Assembly: GCF_009914755.1 (NCBI RefSeq)
Contig: NC_060925.1
Reading direction: 5' to 3' (one strand)
Source: the human T2T-CHM13v2.0 reference genome, Homo sapiens
DNA: 64,000 nucleotides
Position numbers and translations under genes: made by a program. This document shows, piece after piece, positions 1-17,580 of the stretch. Under the pieces are notes generated by a model, which saw only the letters and a list, made by a program, of their open reading frames with translations, did not search any database and was not told the origin of the DNA. How positions within the stretch are numbered: position 1 is the stretch's first letter; each line of letters starts with the position of its first letter.

Positions 1-1520
<1,520 letters not shown>

Positions 1521-1741
1521 AAACGGTAGGAGTGGCTATAGATGACTGAGTGCCTACAAGATACTATCACTGAAGTAGGTGCCTTACATTAATCCATGCT
1601 AGTTCTCACAACAATCTTGCTGGTATTATAATTCCAAATTTATATATTGCTAATAGACTGACCTAATATGTTGTGATCACAAGAAAAGTCATGGCATTCA
1701 ATCAGTTATCATTTCAATATCCAGTATTCAGTGAACATATC

Positions 1742-3665
1742 TGGGTCAGCCTGTTTTACATTGCTTTAAAAAAATCTGAGACTGGGTGATTTATAAGGAA
1801 AAGAGGTTTATTTTGGCTCATCGTTCTGCAGATTGTACAAAAAGTGCAACACCAGCAACTGCTTCCAGTAAGGACTCAGGAAGCTTTTGGTCATGGTGGA
1901 AGGAAAGGGGAACCAGCATGTCACATGCAAGCAAGGGAACAAGAGAGAGAGGAGGTAGGTCCCAGACTCTTTCAACAACCAGATCTCATGTAAACTTATT
2001 ACCATGGAGAGGGCACCAAGCCATTCACGACAGATTGGCCCCATGAACCAAACACTTCCCACCAGGGCCTTACCACCAACATTGTGGATCACATTTCAAC
2101 ATGACATTTGGAGAGGACAAATATTCAAACTACATCATTCCATTCCTGGACCTCCCCCAAGTCTCATGTCTCTCTCACATTGCAAAATACAATCATTCAT
2201 TCCCAGTCATCTCCAAAAGTCTTAACTAGCTCCAAGCATCAACTCAAAATTCCAAACTCCAAAGTCTCATCTGAGACTCAAAGAAAGTTCCTTCCAGCTG
2301 TGAGCCTATAAAATAAAAAACAAATTATTTACTTCCTATATAAAATGGTGGTATAAGCCTAAGGTACACATCCCCATTCCAAAAGGGAGAAATTGGCCAA
2401 AATAAGGGGGCAACAGGCCTCAACAGAGATCCAGCAGAGCAGACACTAAGCCTTAAAGCTCCAAAATAATCTTCCTTGATTCCATGTCCCACATCCTGGG
2501 CACACCAGTGCAAGGGTTGGGCTCCCAAGGCCTTGGGCAGCCTCATCCCCATGGCTTTACGGGGTGCAGCCCATGTGGCTGCTCTCACAGGTTAAAGTCA
2601 AATGCCTGCAGCTTTTCCAGGTTGAAAGTGCATGCTGCTGGTGGCTCTACCATTCTGGGATCTAGAGGGTGATGATCCCATTCCCACAGCTCCACTAGGC
2701 AGTGCTCCAGTGAGGACTCTGTGAGGGCTCCAATCTCACATTTCCCCTTAGCACTGCCCTAGTAGAGTCTCTCTGCAGGGGCTCCACCTTTGTGGCTGGT
2801 TTCTGCTTGGACACTCAGGCTTTCCAATACATCCTCTGAAATCTAAGTGGAAGTTGCCAAGCTTCTTTCACTCTTGCATTCTGCATGCCTGCAGGCTTAA
2901 CAACACAAGGAAGCCATCAACGGTTATAGTTTGTGTCCTAGGAAAGAGCAGCCCAAGCAGTATCTGGGGCCCTTTGAGCCAAGGCTAGAACCAGAGCTGC
3001 TGGGATTCTGAGAGCAGCATCCTGAAATGGTACGGAATGGTGGCACACGGGGCTTGGCCCCTAAAATCATTCTTTCCTCTTAGGTCTCTGGGCCTGTGAT
3101 GATAGGCATGGCCTGGAATGTTTCTGAAATGCCTTTGAGGCCTTTTCCCCATTGTCTCCCTGTCTTCTTCTGAGCCCTTCAAACTCCTCCAACCTCTGTC
3201 TGTTACCCAGTTCCAAAACTGCTTCCACATTTTCAAATATCTTTATAGCAACACCCCACTCCTGGTACCAATTTTCTGTGTTAGTCCATTTTGCAGTGCT
3301 ATAAAGAAATATGTGAGACTGGGTAATATGTAAAGAAAAAAGATATATTTTGGCTCATGGTTTTGTAGACTGTATGAGAAGCATGGTGCCAGCATCTGCT
3401 TCTGGTAAGGCCTCAGGAAGCTTTTAGTCATGGCAGAAGGGAAGGGGAACCAGCATGTCACATGAAAAGAGAGGGAGCAAGAGAGAGGGGAGGGAGGTCC
3501 CAGACTCTTTTTAACAACCAGAACTCATAACTAGGTAAAGGGCACCAAGCCATTCATGAGGGATATGCCCCTATAACCCAAATACCTCCCACCTGCCCCA
3601 CCTTCAACACTGTGGATCACATTTTAATATAAGATTTGGAGGGAACAAGTATCCAAACTATATCA
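1742..3665 (-). mobile_element. MSTB-type MaLR (ERVL-MaLR): LTR 1742-2137, internal 2138-3276, LTR 3277-3665
   Basis: Two homologous LTRs ending in caaactacatca and caaactatatca around MST/THE1-like internal sequence. 5-bp TSD atatc (1737-1741) / atatt (3666-3670). Confidence 0.9.
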
Positions 3666-4518
3666 ATATTCAATATAAATAACAAGTGTCATGTGGCTCT
3701 AGAAAATCAGAAGAAGCTGGAGGTACACTTACAGATCTTAAGCACCAAGGAAATGCAAAGTCCAATCCATACAAACCAGGACAGGAGTTACAGGCTTCTT
3801 AGAATATATACATTGAAATTAATATAAATTGACTCTAGGGACAAGGGCTACCCAAACAGCCCTCTCTTGAAATTGATTTGCAGCTATAAATAAAGCTTAC
3901 CACATCCAACTAATCGGAGTGAAAAACAAGAATCCAGCCAACATCCTGGCTGAAACATACAAGCAAACTCAAAAAGCAAACCCATGTATTACATGGGAAG
4001 ATGCAACAGGAGTCTAAGCTGAGGCACAAGAGGAGTGTTACACCAGGTATCTGTAGCTCCAGGTCTCTTAGTTGAAAGGAACTTCAGTGACTTTCAATGA
4101 TTATTTGTATAGATGAATTGTTTAATATTAATATTTCACACTAAGGAATCTATGCAAGTTTTATATATTTCTAACATTGGCATGAATTTGGCCTATAGGG
4201 TGACGGTCTTATAACTCCAACTTAAATTATGTACTCAAAACCCTTATTAGATTTGTGGTTTTAATTTGAAGTTTTACTAAATTTACATACTATATTAGAA
4301 CATTTAAGAGAACTACAGTTTTCTATATTTACAAATTTAATTTATTAGACACAATATTTTAATACTAAGATAAGTTTTAAGTTAGACAACTGAAACTCTT
4401 AAGAAATCAAATATATTAAATGTATAAATGCACTTTAAAATATTTGAAGATGTTTAATTAACCAAACTTGTAAATGAGACCAAACCTTACTCATAGGCTC
4501 CCTTAAAAATGATTGCTA

Positions 4519-4877
<359 letters not shown>

Positions 4878-4890
4878 TTAAGGACACACA

Positions 4891-5212
4891 GCCAGGCATG
4901 GTGCCTCACACTTGTAATCCTAGCACTTTGGGAGGCCAAGGCAGGAGGATTGCTTGAGCCCAAGAGTTTGAGACCAGCCTGGGTAATAAAGTGAGACCCC
5001 ATCTCTATAGATAATTTTTTTTAAAAAAATTAGCCAGGCATGGTGGCACATGCCTGTGGTCCCAGTTACTTAGGAACCTGAGGCAGGATATCACTTGAGA
5101 CCAGGAAGTTAAGGCTGCAGTGAGCTGTGTTTACGCCACTGCACTTTAGCCTGGGCAACAGAGAGAGACCCTGTCTCAAAAAAACAAAACAAAACAAAAC
5201 ACAGAAAAGAAC
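4891..5212 (+). mobile_element. AluJ
   Basis: ggaggattgcttgagccc J-type motif. TSD aaagcttaaggaca. Confidence 0.92.
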
Positions 5213-5349
5213 AAAGCTTAAGGACAAACCCAGGTTTTAAATTTGTTACTTTAAAGAATGGAAATTCATTTTAAAAAGCAAAGTAAGCCACGGATTAATC
5301 TTTCTGTGTACTAAAACTGCTTTGAGAATACCAAAAAAACTCTCAACAT

Positions 5350-5460
5350 ATATGAAGAAACTGAGACAGACAGTTACTAAGTGGCAGAGCTGGAATTTGA
5401 TTCCAAGTCTGCCAACTATGAAAACCCATGCTTTTCTCATCATTCTTCATTGCCTTCCCC
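5350..5460 (-). mobile_element. MIR fragment
   Basis: gaaactgagac...ctaagtggcagagctggaatttgattccaagtctg core. Confidence 0.7.
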
Positions 5461-6729
5461 TGACAAATAATTAAACAACAGTAACATACAATTAGCATAA
5501 AACTTGAAAAGAAGAGTTTGTTCTCTCTCCTGTGTCCTGCAATGCCTTAGGGTTATAATTATATTATTACCCTACAGTACAGACTGTGCTGGAGAAGGTG
5601 TTTTAAGGATTGGGCCGAATTAGTATCACTTTAATTATTACATACCCTGGAAATAGCTTTTCCTACTAAATCCCTAACGTTGGCATGTGTGTATATACTT
5701 TTCCAGTTTCTCATAAAAGTAGAGTATAAATAGAAGAAATCCAATAACCTGTGGCTGATTATTTAAACTATGTTTGTTTTATAGATAAACTGGAGATTGC
5801 TGTCCTCAAGCTTTTTCCTTAGATTGGTTCTGTGTGTCCCTAGGGAAGACAGATTGCATGGAGAGGTGTTCCTCTTTATGCATTCTAATGAAAACCAAAA
5901 TCCAAATCCCCAAACAGATAAGATCTGATTATTCTCATTAGCAGCCAGCACTACTGAAGCTCCAATCAGGGCACCCAGCCCGCTAAGCAGCTGCCCTCTA
6001 AAGATCCACCTAATGCTTGCAGAGCTGTTTGAGCTTCTCCATCTACAGCTTGTTCGGTGGTGTCTGTCTCTCATTGTTTTTGCATTTTCTGTTAACAAGG
6101 AGGAAAGTCGGTAATGGCTGTGGGGGACACAGTTGGTGGTCTTCTCAGTTGCCCTTAAAGCCCTTCCTCTTTGCTAACAGATTCCAAGTTTTGTTGAGAC
6201 AGGCAGCCCACGGAAGAGCTGTGATTATCCCATTCTTCTTTGCCAGTGATGTGTGGAGGTGGACATGTGACCTAGTTTGAGCCAATAAAACATAAGGATA
6301 AGACTGCAGGCTTGGATAAGAGGCTTCTGGAAAACATTTCCTCCCAGATATAAGAGGGATGTTTTGAGAAGTCCCTCTGGTCATGCCCTCCATCCTGCGG
6401 GGATGCTGTCCTTTGAACAAGGCATGCTTGGAGTTCAGTAGCCACCTTGGTACTGTAAAAGGTAGAATTTTCACTTACATCAGCACTTGCCTTGTTGATA
6501 CCAAACCTTACTGTTGTATTTTATTCAACTGTTTCTAAGCAGCAGTACCTGATGAAGGACCTTGAGTTTTGAGGGACTCCAGGAACCAGACCCTTACTGG
6601 ACCTAACTGAAGACTCTGTGATGATTGATAGGCAGTAAGACTGGTTTTAACAAATTGCAGGCAGGCTTATAGACTTGTTCTGCTTTATCCAGTATGAGTT
6701 TGGTTTGTTGTTTAAATTTCCTAGCAAAA

Positions 6730-6842
6730 GTACAGTGGCGCAATCATAGCTCACTGTAGCCTCAAACTCCTAGGCTCAAAAAATCATCCTGCCTTGGCCT
6801 CCCAAAATCTGGGATTACAGGTGTGAGCCCCTGCGCCCAGCT
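6730..6842 (-). mobile_element. Alu monomer or fragment without tail
   Basis: cagtggcgcaatcatagctcactg...gggattacaggtgtgagcc. Confidence 0.85.
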
Positions 6843-7185
6843 CCAGAGTACTAGTTGTTAAGCCTTAGTTAACCTAACCACCATGAACCACTCCCTTCTT
6901 ACTCAGCACTTAACAACCCCTGTCTCTTCCCCCTTAAGAAACTTCTCAGTGAATTTTTTCACAAATACTGTGTTCCTTTGACTATTAATTTAAGAGATTC
7001 ACATTTTTTCTAAACACAAAAACAAAAAAACCCTGGTGTCTGTTTTATTTGCTCACATGACTATAAGAGAACCACAGAGGTAATTTTCCAGCTCCCTAAC
7101 TTCATGATGTTGCTGAACCAACCTCAAAACTATCCACTACTAGGCTTCATGCTAAGAAAACCTCAAATATCCTTACATTTCATGC

Positions 7186-7378
7186 CAGGGATTGACCAAC
7201 TACAGCCCACGGGCCAATCAAAAAGTTATATGGAGCACAGTCATGCCCATTGTTTACAGATGTCTATGGCTCCTTTCACACTACACTGGCAGAGTTGAAT
7301 GGTGGCAGTAGGGACAATACAGCCTACAAAATCTAAAACATTTACTATCTGGCCCTTTAAAGAAAGACTGCTAATCTG
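7186..7378. mobile_element. MER58A-like hAT-Charlie MITE
   Basis: cagggattgaccaactacagcccacgggcca...tttactatctggccctttaaagaaa. Confidence 0.75.
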
Positions 7379-7639
7379 AGTTTTCAGTGGTGTTAGTTGG
7401 GTTTTCTGATCCATGATGTTGCTAACATTATGCTACATTACGATACAGCTACATTTTGGCTACTTCCTCTAATTTCTGGATTTTCCCAGTAAGCTCCCAG
7501 TAAGATTGTAAGTTATTCCCCACACACTGATTGATCCATAGTGGATCAAGGACTGAATCTAATACCTACTTAATCTAAAACTCTTGTACAACCGAAGTCT
7601 CTGCTATCCAGACATGCAGCTCTTTCTCAGATCTGTGAC

Positions 7640-8345
7640 CAAGCCATGATCTGTCTCAACAGGAATATCACACATGTAGTCTGGAACAATCATATAACTT
7701 TTCCCTTACCCTTGGATAACTTCTATTCTTTTTTTTATTCTTTACAACTTAGCTCAAATGCCATTTTCTTTCTTTTTTTTTTTTTTTTTGAGATGAAGTC
7801 TCACTCTCTTGCCCAAACTGGAGTGCAGTGGCGAGATCTCGGCTCATGGCAACCTCTGCCTCCTGGTTCAAGTGAATCTCCTACCTCAGCCCCCGGAGTA
7901 GCTGGGACTACAGGCACGTGCCACCATGCCCAGATAATTTTTGTATTTTTAGTAGAGACAGGGTTTCACTATGTTGGCCAGGCTGGCCTTGAACTTCTGA
8001 CCTCATGATCTGCCCGCCCCAGCCTCCCAAAGTGCTGGGATTACAGGCGTTAGCCACCGCGCCCATCCCCAAATGCCATTTTCTAAGGAAAGCTTCTCTG
8101 ACCCACCAAAATAGGTCATGTTCTTGTTTTATAGTTTCATGGGACCCTAACCTTTTCCATCATAGCATGTGTCAAAAATTGTAGCTAAGGCATGAATTGT
8201 GTAATTAGTTTTTAATATCATCAGCTTTCTTTGTAGAATGAAAGCTCCATAAGTGTAGGGACTGTGTGTATTGTCTATGTTCTTTATCCCTAGTGCCTAG
8301 AAAATTAAGATATATAATAAGTGATTAATGAATAAGTGAATGGAA
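7640..8345 (+). mobile_element. L2 3' end hosting an Alu
   Basis: tagaatgaaagctccat...ttaatgaataagtgaatg terminal motif. Confidence 0.65.
7770..8069 (-). mobile_element. AluS (Sg/Sc-like)
   Basis: Perfect 15-bp TSD caaatgccattttct at 7755-7769 and 8070-8084. Confidence 0.95.
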
Positions 8346-10174
8346 CAAACACTATCAATCTTACTTTGAACCGTGTGAAGTCCTAGGTCCTTTAGCATGT
8401 CCATCATCCAGAAATATAAATGAGATTCAGTTGTGTTAGACTGGTATGTTTTATGTGAGTCTAGGAGTGTCCTGATAAGTGTGTCAAGATCTGGCACCTC
8501 AATCACCCAACAATGAGGAGCCAGCGTGCTCCTCATTTTTCTAATATAATATTTCAATTGCCTTCTCCATTCACCTGCTGATCTTTCATTCATGTATACC
8601 AACACTTGCTCACCCACAGAAAGGTAGAGTTGCCACTCACTAGCTCGGAGCCCTTGCAGGCTACTTAACCTCTGTTTTCTCATCTGTAAAAGGAAGGCAA
8701 TGGTGTGTAGATTAGAGACTTCTCCCACTGTGAAGAGGATATATAAGCTTCTGCCTAAACTCAGACATCATATCTGAAATAAGAAGGAAGAGGGGAAACC
8801 ACCTTCAGATAGAAGAGGCCGTCCTGATAGCCCTATTCATGGAATCCGCTAATATTACCTGAAACCATTTTAAACTTAAAGAGACTGCACTACCTTTCAC
8901 TGGCAAGTCTGAAGTTTTCCCCTCCATCATAAGGAATGGGATCTTGAGATTAAAATGGATCTGAGGATAATGTCACTTTCAGTTATAATGACGAGTTCCA
9001 CTGAGTTTAAATCAAAGTTTCAATCTCACTTCCAGTTTAAAACTTCTACTCTGCCCATTATCCCCCAGTATGCAACCCTCAACATAGGCCTGAGTCATGG
9101 TCAGGAATTTTCGGTGGGGAGTGGGGCGTGTGTTGCTGGGTTTGTTCTCCTCCCTCTACTGGCTCTCCAAATTTGAAGTGGAAGGGAGAGAAAGAGGAAG
9201 AGAGGAAACATTGCTTTTAAGCTATGGCTGCTGTTTTAAGTCTCCTTTGGCTAACACTGCCTGTTTCCCATTGGAGTTTTCTATACCCTGGGTCTTCAGG
9301 ATGTTTGGATGTGTGGATTACACTGAGGCACCCTGAGAACCTACACACTGAGCAGCTCCCTGACATTGGCTTTAGCAACACACACTCCAGCTCATAGCTT
9401 CCAGTCCTCCAACTCCAGCTTTTGCAGGTTCCCTATTGCCATTTTCTGCTGGAGTGACCTTCAAGGAGCTTTAAACCCAGTGACTTTCTGAAATATCCTC
9501 TTGGCACTTGGAAAACTCATGCATCCCTTCCATGCTGAATGGTAGAGCCAGATTGTTCCTCTGTTGCTCTTTCTCTTTGCCCTGCTGCTGCAAGCTGCTC
9601 ATCCAGCCTCCCACCTTCACGCTGCTTAAGACAAGAAGTAGGCACAATTCTGTGTTCTCATGTGCCCCACCTCCAGGGAAAGGACCACGTTTCAAGCCCC
9701 CAAGAACCTTCTTGCTCTCTTCTGCCTGAGAAGCAGCACCTGCATGGGCCTGGGAGTGTCTATAACTCAGCCAGCGTCTGGCCAAGAGTGAGAGGCCAGA
9801 CTCTCTTTCTTGTAGGCAGCACCAGCTTCTTGGAATGGTTCTCTTAGAGCTACTCTCATTAGGCTGTGAGGTGAGGAAATATAGGAAAAGGCAGGAGCGA
9901 TGACACAACAGTCCCCATTTAATCAACAACTCATTTCTATGAAGTTCCTACTTTAGCAAACTCAGTTTGAGTTTTTTGTCTTTTTTCACATAGGCCGATG
10001 GGCTGATGGGGCATCATAAGACTATCTGGTCCACCTTTTAATAGTCTCTGCAGGTATATGCCTAGCATCTCCTCTTCATAATGTGATTACCCTTGCAGCA
10101 ATTGCTTTTAACTTTACACCTGTAACCTAGAGTCCAAGACAAGAAGAGGTAAATTTATTCAAAAAAAGTATATG

Positions 10175-10175
10175 C

Positions 10176-10214
<39 letters not shown>
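10175..10214. repeat. Compound (TA)n(CA)n microsatellite
   Basis: Directly visible. Confidence 0.95.
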
Positions 10215-10464
10215 GATCTATTTTACCAAACTTTGACCATATTGTTATTTTTTTATTATTATTATACTTTAAGTTCTAGGGTACATGTGCACAACGTGCA
10301 GGTTTATTACATAGGTATACATGTGCCATGTTGGTTTGCTGCACCCATTAACTCATCATTTACATTAGGTATTTCTCCTAATGCTATCCCTCCCCCTGCC
10401 CCCCAACCCACCATAAGCCCCCATGTGTGATGTTCCCTACCCTGTGTTCAAGTGTTCTCATTGT

Positions 10465-14282
<3,818 letters not shown>

Positions 14283-14345
14283 TATGATGTTAGCTGGTTA
14301 TTTTGCTCGTTAGTTGATGCAGTTTCTTCCTAGCATCAATGGTCT

Positions 14346-15368
14346 TTACAATTTGGCATATTGTTGCAGTGGTTGGTACCAGTTGTTCCTTTCCATGTTT
14401 AGTGCTTCCTTCAGGAGCTCTTGTAAGGCAGGCCTGGTGGTGACAAAATCTCTCAGCATTTGCTTGTCTGTAAAGGATTTTATTTCTCCTTCACTTATGA
14501 AGCTTAGTTTGGCTGGATACGAAATTCTGGGTTGAAAATTCTTTTCTTTAAGAATATTGAATATTGGCCCCCACTCTCTTCTGGCTTGCAGAGTTTCTGC
14601 CAAGAGATCTGCTGTTAGTCTGATGGGCTTCCCTTTGTGGGTAACCCGACCTTTCTCTCTGGCTGCCCTTAACATTTTTTCCTTCATTTCAACTTTGGTG
14701 AATCTGACAATTATGTGTCTTGGGGTTGCTCTTCTCGAGGAGTATCTTTGTGGCATACTCTGTATTTCCTGAATTTGAATGTTGTCCTGCCTTGCTAGGT
14801 TGGGGAAATTCTCCTGGATAATATCCTGCAGAGTGTTTTCCAACTTGGTTCCATTCTCCCCGTCACTTTCAGGTACACCAATCAAACATAGATTTGGTCT
14901 TTTCACTTAGTACCATATTTCTTGGAGGCTTTGTTTGCTTCTTTTTACTCTTTTTTCTCTAACCTTCTCCTCTCACTTGATTTCATTAATTTGATCTTCA
15001 ATCACTGATACTCTTTCTTCTGCTTGATCACATTGGCTGTGAAGCTTGTGCATGTGTCACGTAGTTCTTGTGCCATGGTTTTCAGCTCCATCAGGCCATT
15101 TAAGGTCTTCTCTACACTGTTTATTCTAGCTAGCCAGTCGTCTAATCTTTTTTCAAGGTTTTTAGCTTCCTTGCGATGGGTTCGAACATCCTCCTTTAGC
15201 TCAGAAAAGTTTATTATTACCGCCCTTCCAAAGCCTACTTCTGTCAGCTCATCAAAGTCATTTTCCATCCAGCTTTGTTCCATTGCTGGTGAGGAGCTGC
15301 ATTCCTTTGGAGGAGAAGAGGTGCTCTGTGTTTTAGAATTTTCAGTTTTTCTGCTCTGGTTTCTCCAC
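14346..15368 (-). pseudogene. L1 ORF1 remnant; start codon lost and frame broken
   Basis: Fragments 15002-15283 and 14346-14906 (RATPRHIIVRF, ARREW, YPAKLSF). Start region reads AAGGTGGAGAAACC instead of AAGATGGGG. Confidence 0.93.
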
Positions 15369-15718
15369 CTTTGTGGTTTTATCTACCTTTGGCCTTTGAT
15401 GTTGGTGACCTACAGATGGGGTTTTGGTGTGGATGTACTTTTTGTTGATGTTGATGCTAGTCCTTTCTGTTTGTTAGTTTTCCTTCGAAGAGTCAAGTCC
15501 CTCAGCTGCAGGTCTGTTGGAATTTGCTGGAGGACCATTCCAGACCCTGTTTGCCTGGGTATCACCAGCGGAGGCTGCAGAACAGCAAATATTGCTGCCT
15601 GATCCTTCCTCTGGAAACTCTGTCCCTGAGGGGCACCCACCTGTATGAGGTGTCAGTCAACCCCTACTTGGAGTTCGAGCTTCCCTGGCCACTTTGTTTA
15701 CCTACTCAAGCCTCAGCA

Positions 15719-16051
15719 ATGGCGGACATCCCTCCCCCTGCCAGGCTGCTGCCTTGCAGGTTGATCTCAGACCGCTGTGCTATCAGTGAGCAAGCCTCCG
15801 TGGGCATGGGACCCACTGAGCCATGTGTGGGATATAATCTCCTGGTGTGCCGTTTGCTAAGACCATTGGAAAAGCGCAGTATTTGGGCGGGAGAGTCCCG
15901 ATTTTCCAGGTACTGTCTGTCACAGCTTCCCGTGGCTAAGAAAGGGAAATCCCCCGACCCCTTGCACTTCCCGGGTGAGTCGATGCCCTGCCCTGCTTCA
16001 GCTCACCCTCCATGGGCTGCACCCATTGTCCAACCATTCCCAAAGAGATGA
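15719..16051 (+). CDS. L1 ORF0-like antisense ORF, 110 aa, expression unknown
   Basis: gcaATGg start. MADIPPPARLLPCRLISDRCA...GYNLLVCRLLRPLEKRSIWAGESRFSR aligns by eye to L1 ORF0 (MAGAPPPASLPPCSLISDCC...). Confidence 0.5.
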   Translation: MADIPPPARLLPCRLISDRCAISEQASVGMGPTEPCVGYNLLVCRLLRPLEKRSIWAGESRFSRYCLSQLPVAKKGKSPDPLHFPGESMPCPASAHPPWAAPIVQPFPKR

Positions 16052-17369
16052 ACCAGGTACCTCAGTTGGAAATGCAGAAATCACTGTCTTCTGCATCAAT
16101 CGCACTGGGAGCTGCAGACTGGAGCTGTTCCTATTCAGCCATCTTTGACCATATTATTTTATAAGTCACTTCTTAAACTTAAGAATGTGTTATAATATTT
16201 CCCATGCTACAAATTGGGCTTTGAAATATTATTTTTAAAAGTGGTGAGAGGCAGACCTAAAGTCCTCACAGCATCGATAATATTTCAGCTGAGTCTAAAA
16301 GGGTGAGTCACAGTTTTCCAGGGAAGGCAAAAGGAAGCCCTCATATTGAAATATACATAGGCAAGAAAGAACACTAAATACACAAAGAACTTGGGAGGGT
16401 GTCACAGAGACCTGATATATACAATCGCATGAAATGCAAGGCCAAGTACTTATTATTATTATTGATTTTACTTTCAAAGGAGGAAACAGAGGCTTAGAGA
16501 GATTATAGGATTTACCAAAGAGCAGCAATCCAGTTGGTGGCCAAGTCAGAATTCCAAGTCAAGATTTCTAGCACCTAAAAGGGAACTGAATGTAAGAAGG
16601 AAAGGAAGATCAGTGAAAGGAAATCAAGGAAACCCAAGTCATGATGAGGGAGAAGAAGGGGTGCCCTAAACCTGAGTGAGTGGGAAGAAAAGAAAAACCC
16701 TCCACTCCATTCCTAATTCAGTCCCTTTTGTTCTCAGAGAAGCCTGGGAAGTTGACCGCCAGTCTGTCTCATCTGATGAGTGAAGTGTAATAAATGTGAG
16801 CTTTGCATTTTTGTACAAATGTGAAATACTTTCCAAAATTAGCCCTGGTCCAACTGTTAAAATCCCCAAGTTCCCAAACTCTCTCAACAGGAAACAAGCT
16901 GTGGACATCCAGATGTTTCTCCTCACAGTGTGTTGTCTGGATAGTGTTTACATTTATCTTTTTCTTGTCAAATCATGACTTTGTAAAATGCTTTATTATG
17001 GTGATTGATCATTTGCACAACAGTGCTAAGAAAGAGAACTGAGGGAAGTGTGGGTACAGGGTGACACATGACTGCATAGCCAATGATCCATCTCAGAAAA
17101 CCATTTCTGAGAGCCATGATTCCAGCAAGTGCCCAGAGTTAAAACATCAAGTGTGTGACTCAGTGAGACTGTCCCTTTTCTGTATGAAGAGAATTAGCCC
17201 AAGGAGCAACCTTGATGAATCCACTCTTTGGCAGTTAAGAAGGAAACAGATCTATCCACAAATCATGGAATCTACCAAAAGCTATGTATACCAAAAGAGC
17301 ATCTTCCTGCAGGAAGAGAGCTAACAGAAACTTGGAATGGTGAGTAACAAATAGGCTATCACCTTTAGT

Positions 17370-17580
17370 TATCCCTTACCTTGCGCTAGGCATTTTGCAT
17401 ACATTGCCTTATTTAATCCTTGCAACAATCCTAGGAAGGAGGTACTGTTTTCATGCCCTGTTTAGAGATGACGAAACTGAAACCCAAGAAAGGTTAAGCA
17501 ACCTAAAATTACACACCCAGTAAGTGACTGCACTGGGAATCCAACCTAGGTATATCTAAGTCCAAAGAGATGGGATTTTG
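17370..17580 (-). mobile_element. MIR
   Basis: atttaatccttgcaacaatcct...gttttagagatgacgaaactgaaaccc. Confidence 0.75.

Larger units (their letters stand above)
6190..7420 (+). mobile_element. Old ERVL LTR (LTR16-like) split by nested inserts: an unclassified TG...CA LTR-like segment (~6454-7057), an Alu monomer and MER58
   Basis: ggacatgtgacctagtttgagccaat...ggcttctggaaaacatttcctccc is LTR16-like. It resumes after 7057 and ends near gttgggttttctg. Confidence 0.5.

Noticed and set aside
9471-9929. 152-aa minus-strand ORF
   Set aside because: No recognisable domain or supporting exon structure; length is within chance.
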